DNA from: Candidatus Moraniibacteriota bacterium
Lineage (GTDB): Bacteria > Patescibacteriota > Minisyncoccia > Moranbacterales > UBA1568
DNA: 64,000 bases
NCBI GenBank assembly: GCA_016699425.1
Contig: CP064975.1
Coordinates: 258,979-322,978 of the forward strand
Direction of reading: 5' to 3'
Each line of letters starts with the position of its first letter. Positions within the stretch are counted from its first letter, which is position 1. The position numbers and the translations under genes were made by a program. The notes under the pieces are model-generated. The model ran no database searches. It was not told the origin of the DNA and saw only the letters and a list, made by a program, of their open reading frames with translations. Below, piece by piece: positions 7,497-16,746 of this stretch.

Positions 7497-7637
7497 GAGC
7501 CAATCCCGCCCGGGCGGGACAGACTGCTCTACCCCGCTGTATATTTGAGAACCTATAACCCACCACCCACAACCTACGACGAGACCTACTTTCTTCTTGC
7601 TGTCGGTTGTTAGTCGTGAGTTGTCGGTTATCTCAAG

Positions 7638-7711
7638 TGGGTGATCATGGACTCGAACCATGGACCTCGACATTATCAGTGTCGCGCTCTAACCACCTGA
7701 GCTAATCACCC
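7638..7711 (-). tRNA. tRNA-Ile (GAT)
   Basis: GGGTGATTAGCTCAGGTGGTTAGAGCGCGACACTGATAATGTCGAGGTCCATGGTTCGAGTCCATGATCACCCA folds as a cloverleaf with anticodon loop CTGATAA. Confidence 0.85.
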
Positions 7712-7880
7712 GCTATTGGATGATCTACTCCTCCTGATCGAGTAACAGACATAGGCGATCGCTAGACCACTGGCCTGTCACACTGGGGGGAGAAGCGTAT
7801 CACCCATTGAAAAGCACCCTGAATCCTACAATATCTCTCCAAAACAATCAAGCTGAAACGGGATAACTCATACATGAATG

Positions 7881-7956
7881 TGGTGGACCGTGCCGGATTC
7901 GAACCGGCGACCTCCGCGTTGCAAACGCGGCGCTCTACCAACTAAGCTAACGGCCC
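7881..7956 (-). tRNA. tRNA-Ala (TGC)
   Basis: GGGCCGTTAGCTTAGTTGGTAGAGCGCCGCGTTTGCAACGCGGAGGTCGCCGGTTCGAATCCGGCACGGTCCACCA has the G3-U70 Ala identity pair, anticodon loop TTTGCAA and an encoded CCA. Confidence 0.9.
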
Positions 7957-8051
7957 ATGGGGAGTATGTATTATTGTACCGACGAGAACAAATGGCCCAA
8001 AGGCGTATCAATGGCGATTATACGGAAAAATAGAGAGGGTGTCCAGGTTAG

Positions 8052-8059
8052 TGTATAAT
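8052..8059 (+). promoter_or_regulatory. Extended -10 promoter element (TGTATAAT) upstream of the 8086 gene
   Basis: gtGTGTATAATg sits about 27 nt upstream of the ATG at 8086. Confidence 0.4.
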
Positions 8060-8085
8060 GAACTCGATATCCTAACATTAGTCCT

Positions 8086-8496
8086 ATGGCGATTTCTTTT
8101 TGGGGTACTGCTGGCAAGAAAAAAGACTCGGGTAAGGACGGGAGTCATGGTGGAGGTAGTAATCCGGATGATCAATCATATCGTCACCATATCGGTGAGC
8201 CTGAGGACCCAGAGGAAAAAAAGAAGCACTGGGGCAGTGCTGAGGGCAATGTCTCGGACTACGAGCTCGAGCACGGGTTGCACACCACTCTTCTGGGTAA
8301 GCTGAATCGTCGCAAGGCGGCGATTGTGGAAGAGGCAGCAAAGGGATCGACTAATGAGCTGGGCGGGCAGCGAGGGATGAATAAGGGAGAGTTGGATAAT
8401 ATGATGAAGGCACTGGGTGAAGATGCTATCAAGCTCGGTCTCGACCGGAAGCGTGACCTTCCCATTATCCGGAATGCTTTCGAAAGTCGCCTCTAA
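8086..8496 (+). CDS. Hypothetical protein (Gly/Asp-rich N-terminus)
   Basis: 136-aa ORF downstream of a good -10 element. No recognised domain. Confidence 0.45.
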   Translation: MAISFWGTAGKKKDSGKDGSHGGGSNPDDQSYRHHIGEPEDPEEKKKHWGSAEGNVSDYELEHGLHTTLLGKLNRRKAAIVEEAAKGSTNELGGQRGMNKGELDNMMKALGEDAIKLGLDRKRDLPIIRNAFESRL

Positions 8497-8606
8497 CGTA
8501 TCTCCTTTCCTCGTCGCTACATCAGCGACCAGTGAAGACCCGGTGTGCTCCGAGTGATTGCTGTGAGTGGAAGGAATGGAATATGACTGATTAAGCGGAA
8601 AAAACT

Positions 8607-8957
8607 ATGGCCCTTTTTATTCCTTCACGTCGATCCGAGCGGAAACCGGGAGTCTCCCTCTCGGATCACAGCCGGCAGTCCTCAGCTGCGAACAATCCGA
8701 AGGGTTGGAATCGCTTGCATCTCCGTGAAGCACTCGATCGGCTGGCGCGGGGTGATCTGGGACGACTGGATGAGACTCAGCTCAGTCGGATTCGCGAAAT
8801 CGTCGAACGCTCGGCCGGAGCGGACGGAGACCTGAGTGCTGCCCAGACGCGTGAGGCAATCCATGCTATCGAGATGAACCGAGTGAGTCTCGGTCTAGAC
8901 CAAGGCATGATGGAAAGTCTCGCGACCTTTTTAGCTGATGGCCCGGGCAATTCATGA
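8607..8957 (+). CDS. Hypothetical protein
   Basis: 116-aa ORF immediately upstream of the DedA gene, with a 4-nt overlap. No recognised domain. Confidence 0.4.
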   Translation: MALFIPSRRSERKPGVSLSDHSRQSSAANNPKGWNRLHLREALDRLARGDLGRLDETQLSRIREIVERSAGADGDLSAAQTREAIHAIEMNRVSLGLDQGMMESLATFLADGPGNS

Positions 8958-9652
8958 TCCTTTCTTCCATGCCCGTCTGGATCCAGCATATCGAAATCGG
9001 CATCCGCGAGTTGGCACCTATCGTTCCGCTCGAACTTTTCATTTCTGTGGGTGCCTTTGCCGAGGAAATCATCGCGCCTATTCCTTCGATGCTCGTGACG
9101 ACGACGGCGGGATTCTTTGCTCAGGTAGAAGGTCGCACGGTGCTCTTCGTGTTGTGGCTCGCCATCCTGGGTGGTCTGGGTAAACTCGCTGGATCGTATA
9201 TCTACTATCTGATCGGCGATAAGCTCGAAGATGTCGTTGTTGGACGCTATGGCCGATACTTGGGACTTGGTCATGCTGATATCGAACGGATTGGTCAGCG
9301 TTTCACTGGTCATCACTGGCGAGATGGAGGACTCATATTTGTACTTCGTCTCATTCCGTTTGTGCCAACTATTCTGGTTTCGATCTCGTGTGGCGTCGTG
9401 CGGATAGAGAAGCGTGTATTTCTTTTCGCTTCCTATGCTGGAAATTTTTGCAAGGACCTCTTCTATATCTCCATCGGTTACTACGGAATCCGAGCGCTCA
9501 AGGTTTATCTCATGGATATCGAGCGGGTGCGTTTCGGTGTTGGAGTCGTCTCGACGATAGTGGTCATCGGCAGCCTCATCTTTCTGTACATCCATCGTCA
9601 CCACGGAGTACGCTTTTTCGGATACTTGTGGAAGCGTTTTGGGAGAAAGTAG
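8954..9652 (+). CDS. DedA/SNARE-associated (VTT domain) family membrane protein
   Basis: YLIGDKLEDVVVGRYGRYLGL...IERIGQRF...HWRDGGLIFVLRLIPFVP is the DedA family pattern with multiple TM helices. The long antisense ORF 8777..9700 is a shadow. Confidence 0.7.
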   Translation: MILSSMPVWIQHIEIGIRELAPIVPLELFISVGAFAEEIIAPIPSMLVTTTAGFFAQVEGRTVLFVLWLAILGGLGKLAGSYIYYLIGDKLEDVVVGRYGRYLGLGHADIERIGQRFTGHHWRDGGLIFVLRLIPFVPTILVSISCGVVRIEKRVFLFASYAGNFCKDLFYISIGYYGIRALKVYLMDIERVRFGVGVVSTIVVIGSLIFLYIHRHHGVRFFGYLWKRFGRK

Positions 9653-10031
9653 CTCGGATGCATTCTTTAAAAAAAACGGACCCAGGGAGCGGCGGCTCAC
9701 GAGGGTCCTGCGGGCGGCGGGCTAATTTGCGTGGCGCCGATGGTGTCGCGCTCGGGAATGGGCTTGGGTCGATTCAGTCCCATTGAATCACGATGGGACT
9801 ATCATTTTCCATCTGGTGGCTTCGTTGGTGAGGGCCGGAATGGTCCTGGTCAAGCTCACACAATAATGCCACTCTGAGTCGCGCTAGATCAGCTCCCGCT
9901 GAATTTCTTGTGTACATGGCAATACCGATCGGTTGGGCCAAGAACCAATCTATGCACCGTCGTCTGGAACTGACGATGTCTCCCGAAATGGGTACGAATC
10001 CTAACCGATTTGATCCCCAGAGTACCCGAGC

Positions 10032-11234
10032 GATACCGTTACCTTTTCAGTTGATGGAAAGTGTTGTTCTTGTTAGACTAGAGCCTCAAACCGGCTGTAA
10101 AGTTGACTTTAAGCCTTAAATTTCATTCAGCATGTCAAAAAAAATGGTCACGTCACTGTCCCCGCTGCAGCAGTCGTGAGACGGTGAAGAATGGCTCCCA
10201 AGGCTACAGCCATCACTACCTGTGTCGTGCTTGTGAACATTCTTTTCTCGTTACTTCGGGCATGATCCGAGACTGCTGTGGATCGAGCATATTGATGGGG
10301 TACCGTTTCGTAAATTAGGAGATGAATATGGTCTCTCGGGAAAACAAGCCTTCGTGAGAGTTACAAGAGAATTAGCACAACTTCCTTCCAATGACGCTCT
10401 GACGCAAACCCTCTGTGACCCGAGACGCTTCTCGGGCATCCTTGTCATGGATGGGAAGTATGTGGCGGTCAAAGGCTTTGCGAGAAAGATTCCTTTTCTC
10501 TACGGCATTGATTACTTGACCCACGATATTCCTTCGGGGCTTTGTATACAGCGGAAGATGAGGTGTCCTTCTCACGTTTCTTCCATCAAGTGAAGCAACT
10601 TGGCTATGATCTTCAGATCGTGGTCGCCGATGACCGCTCTGGCCTGAAAAAGGCTCTCCTGAAGGTTTTTCCGTCGGCTCGGCTGCAGCTCTGCCACAAC
10701 CACTACCTGGAGAATATCCGGGTGGCTTTACGGGTGCGGAGTGAAGAGCGATACCGGCCCTTCTTTTACGCTCTCAAGGAGAGCGTGTTTGGAGAACGAG
10801 AGGATGTGACGAACGCCATTCGATCTTTTGCCGCGAGCATCAAGAGAGAGAAACGTCTGCTCAAAAACATCGTAAGTGAGATAGCGTACCGGCAGGAGGA
10901 ACTCTTCAATTACTTGCTGCTGCCAGGCTGTCCCAACAACACCAATCTCATTGAACTCTACAATTCCCATCTCAATGGGAGGCTGAAGACGATCAAGGGT
11001 TTTCAGAGTTTTGCTTCGGCTCAGTGTTGGTTGAATGCGTGGATGATACGGAGGAGAACCAAGCCTTTTACAGATTGTGAAGCTAAATTTAAATATTTGA
11101 ACGGTTACCCTTCACTCTCTTTGAGTATCAAAAAACAGGCTCGCTGGCCTGAGACATTAGTAAAACTAGGCGTAGAAGCAGTAAAACTTTTTGAAAAAAA
11201 GCGCCCTACTATCAACTGAAAAGGTAACGGTAAC
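10032..11234 (+). mobile_element. IS1-family insertion sequence (~1.2 kb) with 22-bp terminal inverted repeats and a 9-bp target-site duplication
   Basis: IRL G(A)TACCGTTACCTTTTCAGTTG at 10032-10053 matches the reverse complement of 11213-11234 with one mismatch. The direct repeat TACCCGAGC lies immediately outside both ends (10023-10031 and 11235-11243). The internal ORFs encode a zinc finger (HCPRC...CRACEH), MDGKYVAVKG...FLYGIDYLTHD, and NTNLIELYN..L.GRLK, which are the IS1 InsA/InsB signatures. Confidence 0.75.
10103..11219 (+). pseudogene. IS1-family transposase (insA/insB) split over three reading frames
   Basis: ORFs 10103-10318, 10354-10593 and 10542-11219 are each shifted by -1 relative to the previous one. 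One shift may be the programmed InsAB' frameshift; the second implies inactivation or a sequence error. An A8 run at 10136-10143 is a candidate slippery site. Confidence 0.6.
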
Positions 11235-11473
11235 TACCCGAGCCTCTCGTTTCAGATCATGAAAGCCCTTGAGAATGAGCCCGTGGTTTCCGGGGTGGTC
11301 GCGTGGACCGCAGCAGAAACAGAAGATCGTCCCTGAAGCGGTTGTCAAAATACCGATCCTGCCACAAACCGTGAGAGGGGTAGCGCTGCTGAGATCCATG
11401 AGATAGCTCCTTGGTATATTGGCGTGTTTGCCAATATGTGATAAAATCATTTAATTCTCACTCTGTCAACTTC

Positions 11474-13534
11474 ATGTCAACCTTCGTGCTTACATCCGAT
11501 TGGCCGCCCGCTGGGGACCAGCCCAAAGCGATTGCTTCACTCGTCGCTGGTCTTAAACGTGGGGATGATTTCCAGACGCTTTTCGGCGTGACCGGATCGG
11601 GGAAGACGTTCACTATGGCAAATGCGATTGCACAGATTGGCCGCCCGACACTCGTCATCGCGCACAATAAAACACTCGCTGCCCAGCTCGCCCAGGAGTT
11701 CGAAGAGTTTTTCCCCGATGCGGCGGTGCATTACTTTGTCTCGTACTATGACTACTACCAGCCCGAGGCGTACATGCCGATCACGGATACGTATATTGAG
11801 AAGGACGCTTCGATCAATGAAGAGATCGACCGCTTGCGCCACGCGTCGACACAGTCACTCCTGACTCGTCGTGACGTCATTATCGTCGCCAGTGTCTCCT
11901 GTATTTACGGCCTCGGGAGTCCGGAAGAATATCTGCACGAGAACATCCTCCTGACCGTAGGTGAAGTTATCACCCGTGAAACACTCCTTCGTCGGCTTAT
12001 CGCGATTTTCTTCGAGCGTACCAATGCTGACATCACGCCGGGCCACTTCCGTTCCATCGGCAATCGCATCGAGGTGATGCCGGTATCCGAGAAGTTTATC
12101 TATTCTATTGAGCTGGGTGCCAATCGGATTGAGTCGATCACACAGATTGATCCCGTTTCACAGACGATTCTCCGAGAGGAGGAAGCGATCACTCTTTTTC
12201 CGACCAAACACTTCATCACGGATGCTGACAAGAAGGAGCAGGCCTTGCTCACGATCCGAGAGGAGCTCACGACGCAACTCGGCATATTTGCGGCGGAGGG
12301 GAAACTGCTTGAGGCCGAACGGTTGAAGCGCCGGACGCACTATGATATCGCCATGATCGATGAGATCGGCTACTGTTCGGGGATCGAGAACTATTCGCGG
12401 CACCTCTCTGGCAAGGCACCGGGTGAGCCACCCGAGACCTTGCTCTCGTACTTCCCGCACCTTCCTGATGGCACGCCGGACTTCCTCACCATCATCGATG
12501 AGTCGCATGTGACGCTGCCGCAGCTTCGCGGTATGTACAATGGTGACCAGGCGCGCAAGAAGACGCTCGTCAACTTTGGTTTCCGATTACCGAGTGCTCT
12601 CGACAATAGGCCACTTCGGTATGAAGAATTCCAGGAACGGGTGGGCTCCATCGTCTTCACCTCGGCAACCCCAGCCGATTACGAGCGCGAAGTGAGTACT
12701 CAGATTGTCGAGCAGGTGATCCGACCGACGGGTCTCTTGGACCCTGAAGTCACGGTCCGCGGCATCCGAGCGATTGGCGAATACCCGGGGCAGATCGGGG
12801 ACTTCATCCGCGAGACGGAGATGGAGGTGAAGCGTGGCGGCCGAGTGATCGCGACGACCCTGACGAAAAAAATGGCTGAGGATCTCGCCCAGTACCTGAA
12901 AGACCCTTCGACACGCTCAGGGCAGGGAAAGCCAATCAAAGCCGAATACCTCCACAGTGACGTGCTCACCATCGATCGGATCAAGATCTTGACCCAGTTC
13001 CGGAAGGGCGAGTTCGATGTCCTGGTCGGTGTGAACTTGCTCCGCGAAGGACTTGATCTTCCCGAGGTGACCTTTATTGGCATCCTCGATGCGGATAAGG
13101 AGGGGTTTCTCCGTTCCGAAACCTCGCTCATCCAGATTATCGGCCGCGCCGCGCGCAATGTCCTTGGCCGTGTCATCCTCTATGCTGACCGGGTGACGGG
13201 TTCGATCGACTATGCCCTGAGCGAGACGGCTCGTCGCCGGGCCTTGCAACTGGCGTACAATACCGAGCACAGTATCACGCCGCAGACGATAAAGAAGAAC
13301 ATTCATGATATCACGGAGCGGCTGCAGAGCGAGCACGATCAGGCGGTAGCCGTATCGCTCGCGCTCGATGCCAAAGGTTTTGCCAAGGATCCAGAAAAAA
13401 TCATCCGAGCGAAGGAACGCGAGATGAAAGCGGCCGTGAAGCTTCTCGATTTCGAGACCGCGGCCATCCTGCGCGATGAGATCCGGGCGCTCGAGAAACG
13501 TCTCGGCCGAAGGAATAAGGAGACTCGGAAATGA
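11474..13534 (+). CDS. uvrB: Excinuclease ABC subunit B
   Basis: GVTGSGKTFTMANAIAQIGRPTLVIAHNKTLAAQLAQEF, YYDYYQPEAY, helicase motifs and a C-terminal UVR domain are present across ~686 aa. Confidence 0.95.
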   Translation: MSTFVLTSDWPPAGDQPKAIASLVAGLKRGDDFQTLFGVTGSGKTFTMANAIAQIGRPTLVIAHNKTLAAQLAQEFEEFFPDAAVHYFVSYYDYYQPEAYMPITDTYIEKDASINEEIDRLRHASTQSLLTRRDVIIVASVSCIYGLGSPEEYLHENILLTVGEVITRETLLRRLIAIFFERTNADITPGHFRSIGNRIEVMPVSEKFIYSIELGANRIESITQIDPVSQTILREEEAITLFPTKHFITDADKKEQALLTIREELTTQLGIFAAEGKLLEAERLKRRTHYDIAMIDEIGYCSGIENYSRHLSGKAPGEPPETLLSYFPHLPDGTPDFLTIIDESHVTLPQLRGMYNGDQARKKTLVNFGFRLPSALDNRPLRYEEFQERVGSIVFTSATPADYEREVSTQIVEQVIRPTGLLDPEVTVRGIRAIGEYPGQIGDFIRETEMEVKRGGRVIATTLTKKMAEDLAQYLKDPSTRSGQGKPIKAEYLHSDVLTIDRIKILTQFRKGEFDVLVGVNLLREGLDLPEVTFIGILDADKEGFLRSETSLIQIIGRAARNVLGRVILYADRVTGSIDYALSETARRRALQLAYNTEHSITPQTIKKNIHDITERLQSEHDQAVAVSLALDAKGFAKDPEKIIRAKEREMKAAVKLLDFETAAILRDEIRALEKRLGRRNKETRK

Positions 13535-13604
13535 TATACTAGAGCCACGATGCGTCTGGAAAAGCCCGACTCACGTAATATCAGCGTAAGCTTACACAAA
13601 CAAT

Positions 13605-13913
13605 ATGTTGATACCCAGAAAAATGCTCGGCTTCGGGTTTGCACTGTTTCTCATGCTTGTCATACTGGCTGTGATCTATTCCCAGTATGCCCTGCAGAGC
13701 CAGCCAAATCTGTCTGACACGGTCCAGCCCAAGTCGACGATGAACGCTGGGAAGAAGTCCGCTCCGACTGTGGATATCGCGACCACTCCGCTCCCGACGA
13801 CCGTTACACCGGAAACGGCGGCGAATGATCTCATCGACGAAGCGCTCGCCGACCGCGATGACCTCTCCGCTTCAGAGGAAGACGAGATGGCTGATCTCGA
13901 AAACGGTAATTAA
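13605..13913 (+). CDS. Hypothetical membrane-anchored acidic protein
   Basis: An N-terminal TM helix is followed by an acidic tail. Confidence 0.35.
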   Translation: MLIPRKMLGFGFALFLMLVILAVIYSQYALQSQPNLSDTVQPKSTMNAGKKSAPTVDIATTPLPTTVTPETAANDLIDEALADRDDLSASEEDEMADLENGN

Positions 13914-13931
13914 TTCGGTAGACTGAAAACT

Positions 13932-14792
13932 ATGAAGTTGATGAATAAACGGTACCTGTCAGCGTTTTCACTCGCAGCGGTATTGGCGATGCCATCGATC
14001 GCTCTGGCAGAAATGGGTGGGGCCAATACGCGCTTTACCCAGCGGGCCGAAGAGGCCAAGGCTCGAATGGAAGGACGCCAGACCAGGATGGAAGAGCGCC
14101 AGGCAGACAGGACAGAAAAGCGTGAGGAGATGAAGGAGAAGCGTCAAGACGCGTTCTGCACGCGCTTCAGTGAGCGCATGGAGAACCAGTCCGACCGTGT
14201 GGATACGCGGGAGACGAATGTGAAGAATCGCGTCGGGGATCGTCTGAGCCGCCGCACCGACCGCCGCGACAATCGCGATGAGTCACTCGACGGCAAGCGC
14301 GATGATCAGGACGAGCGTCGTACCGCACTCTATGCGTTGCTCGATGAGCGAGCGGATACCGATGCCGAGAAAGCTGCCGTCGCCGAATTCAAGTCCACGA
14401 TCGATGCAGCGGTCGTGACGCGTCGCGCCGCCGTCGACAAAGCGATCGAGGACTTCCGCACCGCTGTCGACAAACTCGTTGATACCAAGAAGTCAACTGC
14501 TTCCAGCACATACGGAGAGTTCCGCTCGGCCGTCGATGCCGCGGCGGCAGAGGCCAAGAGTGATTGCGAGGCCGGTACCGATCCGAAGACTGTGATGACG
14601 AATTACCAAGCCGCAGTGAAGGCGGCCCAGGAGAAACTGAAGGGGAACAAGGATGAACTCACCGGTCTCAAGGACGAGGTGAAGGCACTCGCCGAAACCC
14701 GCAAGCAGGCGATCGAGAGTGCGCTCGAGACCTTCAAAGCTGCCGTCGAGGCAGCCAAAACGAAGTTGCAGGCAGTGATGGGTTCAAACTGA
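13932..14792 (+). CDS. Secreted charged coiled-coil protein (paralog of 15887..16705)
   Basis: Signal peptide MKLMNKRYLSAFSLAAVLAMPSIALA. The R/E/K-rich repetitive core and C-terminal 110 aa are collinear with the C-terminus of the 15887 product, including a conserved Cys-containing segment. Confidence 0.55.
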   Translation: MKLMNKRYLSAFSLAAVLAMPSIALAEMGGANTRFTQRAEEAKARMEGRQTRMEERQADRTEKREEMKEKRQDAFCTRFSERMENQSDRVDTRETNVKNRVGDRLSRRTDRRDNRDESLDGKRDDQDERRTALYALLDERADTDAEKAAVAEFKSTIDAAVVTRRAAVDKAIEDFRTAVDKLVDTKKSTASSTYGEFRSAVDAAAAEAKSDCEAGTDPKTVMTNYQAAVKAAQEKLKGNKDELTGLKDEVKALAETRKQAIESALETFKAAVEAAKTKLQAVMGSN

Positions 14793-14825
14793 CGGCTCCC
14801 GAAATCGAACCGGACGTTTCGAACA

Positions 14826-14860
14826 ACCGAAAACGAGGCTAGGCAGAGTCTCGTTTTTTT
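14826..14860 (+). terminator. Rho-independent terminator after the 13932 gene
   Basis: AAACGAGGCTAGGCAGAGTCTCGTTTTTTTG is a stem-loop plus T-run. Confidence 0.5.
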
Positions 14861-14921
14861 GATTTCGGAATCTTGACAGAGGAATCAGTGTGTGAGACAT
14901 TTCGTTCCAGTTCCTTAACCC

Positions 14922-15359
14922 ATGCCGTTTTTGGACATGGATTTCGAAAAAATTGTTCATGAGGAGAGTAGCGTGCATTTAAATCCATTGGATGACGAGG
15001 TTATTGGACCGTCGATTTCATATAGCTTGCAGATGGCACAGCAAATGGGTGAAGATTTGCAAAAAGACAGTGCCGTCCTTTCGGAACTCATTGAAGAAAC
15101 GAGCGATCTATTGACTGCCGTCGACGCTGCGATATCACAGACAGAACTCGTGGGTGACCAGCAGTGGGAGACGATGCGGAGATGCTGGTGTTTCCTGGGC
15201 CCACATATCTTCAAACAGATCGAAATGTTGAAGAACAATGACTCTCCAGTAAAGATGAACGCGTATCAAAGACTGTCGCTTTATAGGAAGGTCGCATTTC
15301 TCCAGATCGTGTTGACGCTTAGGCGGCAGACGCTGGAGATGAACGGTATCGATGTCTAG
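14922..15359 (+). CDS. Hypothetical protein
   Basis: 145-aa ORF with no recognised domain. Confidence 0.3.
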   Translation: MPFLDMDFEKIVHEESSVHLNPLDDEVIGPSISYSLQMAQQMGEDLQKDSAVLSELIEETSDLLTAVDAAISQTELVGDQQWETMRRCWCFLGPHIFKQIEMLKNNDSPVKMNAYQRLSLYRKVAFLQIVLTLRRQTLEMNGIDV

Positions 15360-15519
15360 ATGTGAACAACCAATCCTGACCCGCGAGCAGAAGACTGCTC
15401 CGCCGGGTCTTTTGCTTTTTATAATTGTTCTCAGCTAGATATACGTTTGGATTTGGGGATCAGCCCGCACGCCCTGTGGATTCCAGTAATAGATAAGTAT
15501 TCCAAGTGAAGGGGCTCTC

Positions 15520-15918
15520 GTGGGGGGGTGGTATACTGGGGTCATGACACAGCGTTCACTCATCATCGCTAGTCTCGCCGTCGCCGCTATCATCGTGGTT
15601 GTGGGGTGTTTTTGGTTGGCTGGGAGGGACGACGGTGCCTCAATTTCCGATCGGTCGGATCAGTCATCGGCATCTCCTTCAGGGAATTCCGTTCAGTCGA
15701 CGAACATGGCATCCCAGAGCCTGGACGCGGGTGACGATTCCCGCGCGGCAGCCGATTCGAATGAGAGCATCGAAACGCTCATGGTGGAGATCGAACAGAA
15801 TGCGGCTGGGGACGATACGGCCATGGAGGCTGAAGTGGCGGGCGAGAGCGAGAGCTTTACGGAAGGGGCCGTTGTGATGGAACAACTTGGCCAAAGCTAT
15901 GATGAAACCGAATACTAA
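15520..15918 (+). CDS. Hypothetical membrane-anchored acidic protein
   Basis: A TM helix (LIIASLAVAAIIVVVGCFWLAG) is followed by a Ser/Asp/Glu-rich region. Confidence 0.35.
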   Translation: MGGWYTGVMTQRSLIIASLAVAAIIVVVGCFWLAGRDDGASISDRSDQSSASPSGNSVQSTNMASQSLDAGDDSRAAADSNESIETLMVEIEQNAAGDDTAMEAEVAGESESFTEGAVVMEQLGQSYDETEY

Positions 15919-16705
15919 TATATTCCTGCTCGCATGGTTGGCCCTGCTTCTGCCGGCGACTGTTTCGGCTGCGCCGCTTGAGCTTGTGACGAAGAATCTG
16001 GATCTCAAGGACACGCCGGTTGTGAAATTGTCATATCCGGTGAAGTTACCGAATACTGAGGCCTTTTGTGCTGCACTCGGCGAGACGAAGAACCAGCTGA
16101 GCGAAGGGGTAGCGGCCAAGGAAAAGCGCGTGTCCGAGTATGTCGACGGGCTCTCTCAGCAACTGGAAGACGAGCGGAATGGCCGGGATGCAAAACTTGA
16201 AGAAGCTCGCTCTGAGGCTGATCAGAAACGCAGCGAGTGGTATGCACGGCTCGAGGACCGGGCGAAGGGGGATGATGAGGAAGATGCGGTGGTGAGATAT
16301 CAGAAACGAGTGGAAGAGGCGGTAGACGATCGTCGCGATGCACTCGATGCTGCGATCGCCGAATTTCGGAAGGGCGTGGATGAGCTCGCCGTGAAACGAT
16401 CGACCAGTATGCAAACGGCGCGCGATACGTTCGGGGCCTCAGTCGAGGCAGCGGTGAAAAAGCTTGAAACAGATTGCGCCAATGGTGTGGCGACCGAGAC
16501 GCTGGTCAAGGACTTCAAAGCGAGCCTCAAATCCGGACGGGAAAAGCTGGCGGCTGACAAGAAAGCCGTTGCGACTCTCGAGACTGAAGTAAAGACTTTG
16601 GCAGAGACTCGAAAGAAAAGTATCGCGGCTGCTGTTACGACATTTCGAGCTGAGCTTCAGGCAGCCAATGAAGACGTGCGTGCCTCCTTCACGAGTGGTG
16701 AATAG
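15887..16705 (+). CDS. Secreted coiled-coil protein (paralog of 13932..14792)
   Basis: Signal peptide ...LLPATVSA. The C-terminal half aligns with the 13932 product (AVDDRRDALDAAIAEFRKGVDELA... vs AVVTRRAAVDKAIEDFRTAVDKLV...). Confidence 0.55.
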   Translation: MAKAMMKPNTNIFLLAWLALLLPATVSAAPLELVTKNLDLKDTPVVKLSYPVKLPNTEAFCAALGETKNQLSEGVAAKEKRVSEYVDGLSQQLEDERNGRDAKLEEARSEADQKRSEWYARLEDRAKGDDEEDAVVRYQKRVEEAVDDRRDALDAAIAEFRKGVDELAVKRSTSMQTARDTFGASVEAAVKKLETDCANGVATETLVKDFKASLKSGREKLAADKKAVATLETEVKTLAETRKKSIAAAVTTFRAELQAANEDVRASFTSGE

Positions 16706-16746
16706 GTGACTCACAGTCGTGTCGTTTGCTCTTCTTATGTTTCTCT

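Noticed and set aside
7234-7537. Group I intron in tRNA-fMet (as in cyanobacterial tRNA-fMet)
   Set aside because: The insert is almost entirely occupied by the 303-nt ORF, leaving no space for a ~200-nt ribozyme core. The downstream tRNA copy is complete rather than a 3' exon only.
7194-7673. Track ORF extended to 159 aa across tRNA-Ile
   Set aside because: The extension upstream of ATG 7496 reads through a tRNA gene and tRNA-derived repeats. The GIY-YIG domain begins after the anticodon-loop-mimic ATG.
8777-9700. 307-aa minus-strand ORF
   Set aside because: Antisense shadow of the DedA gene (8954..9652), which has a convincing family signature and topology.
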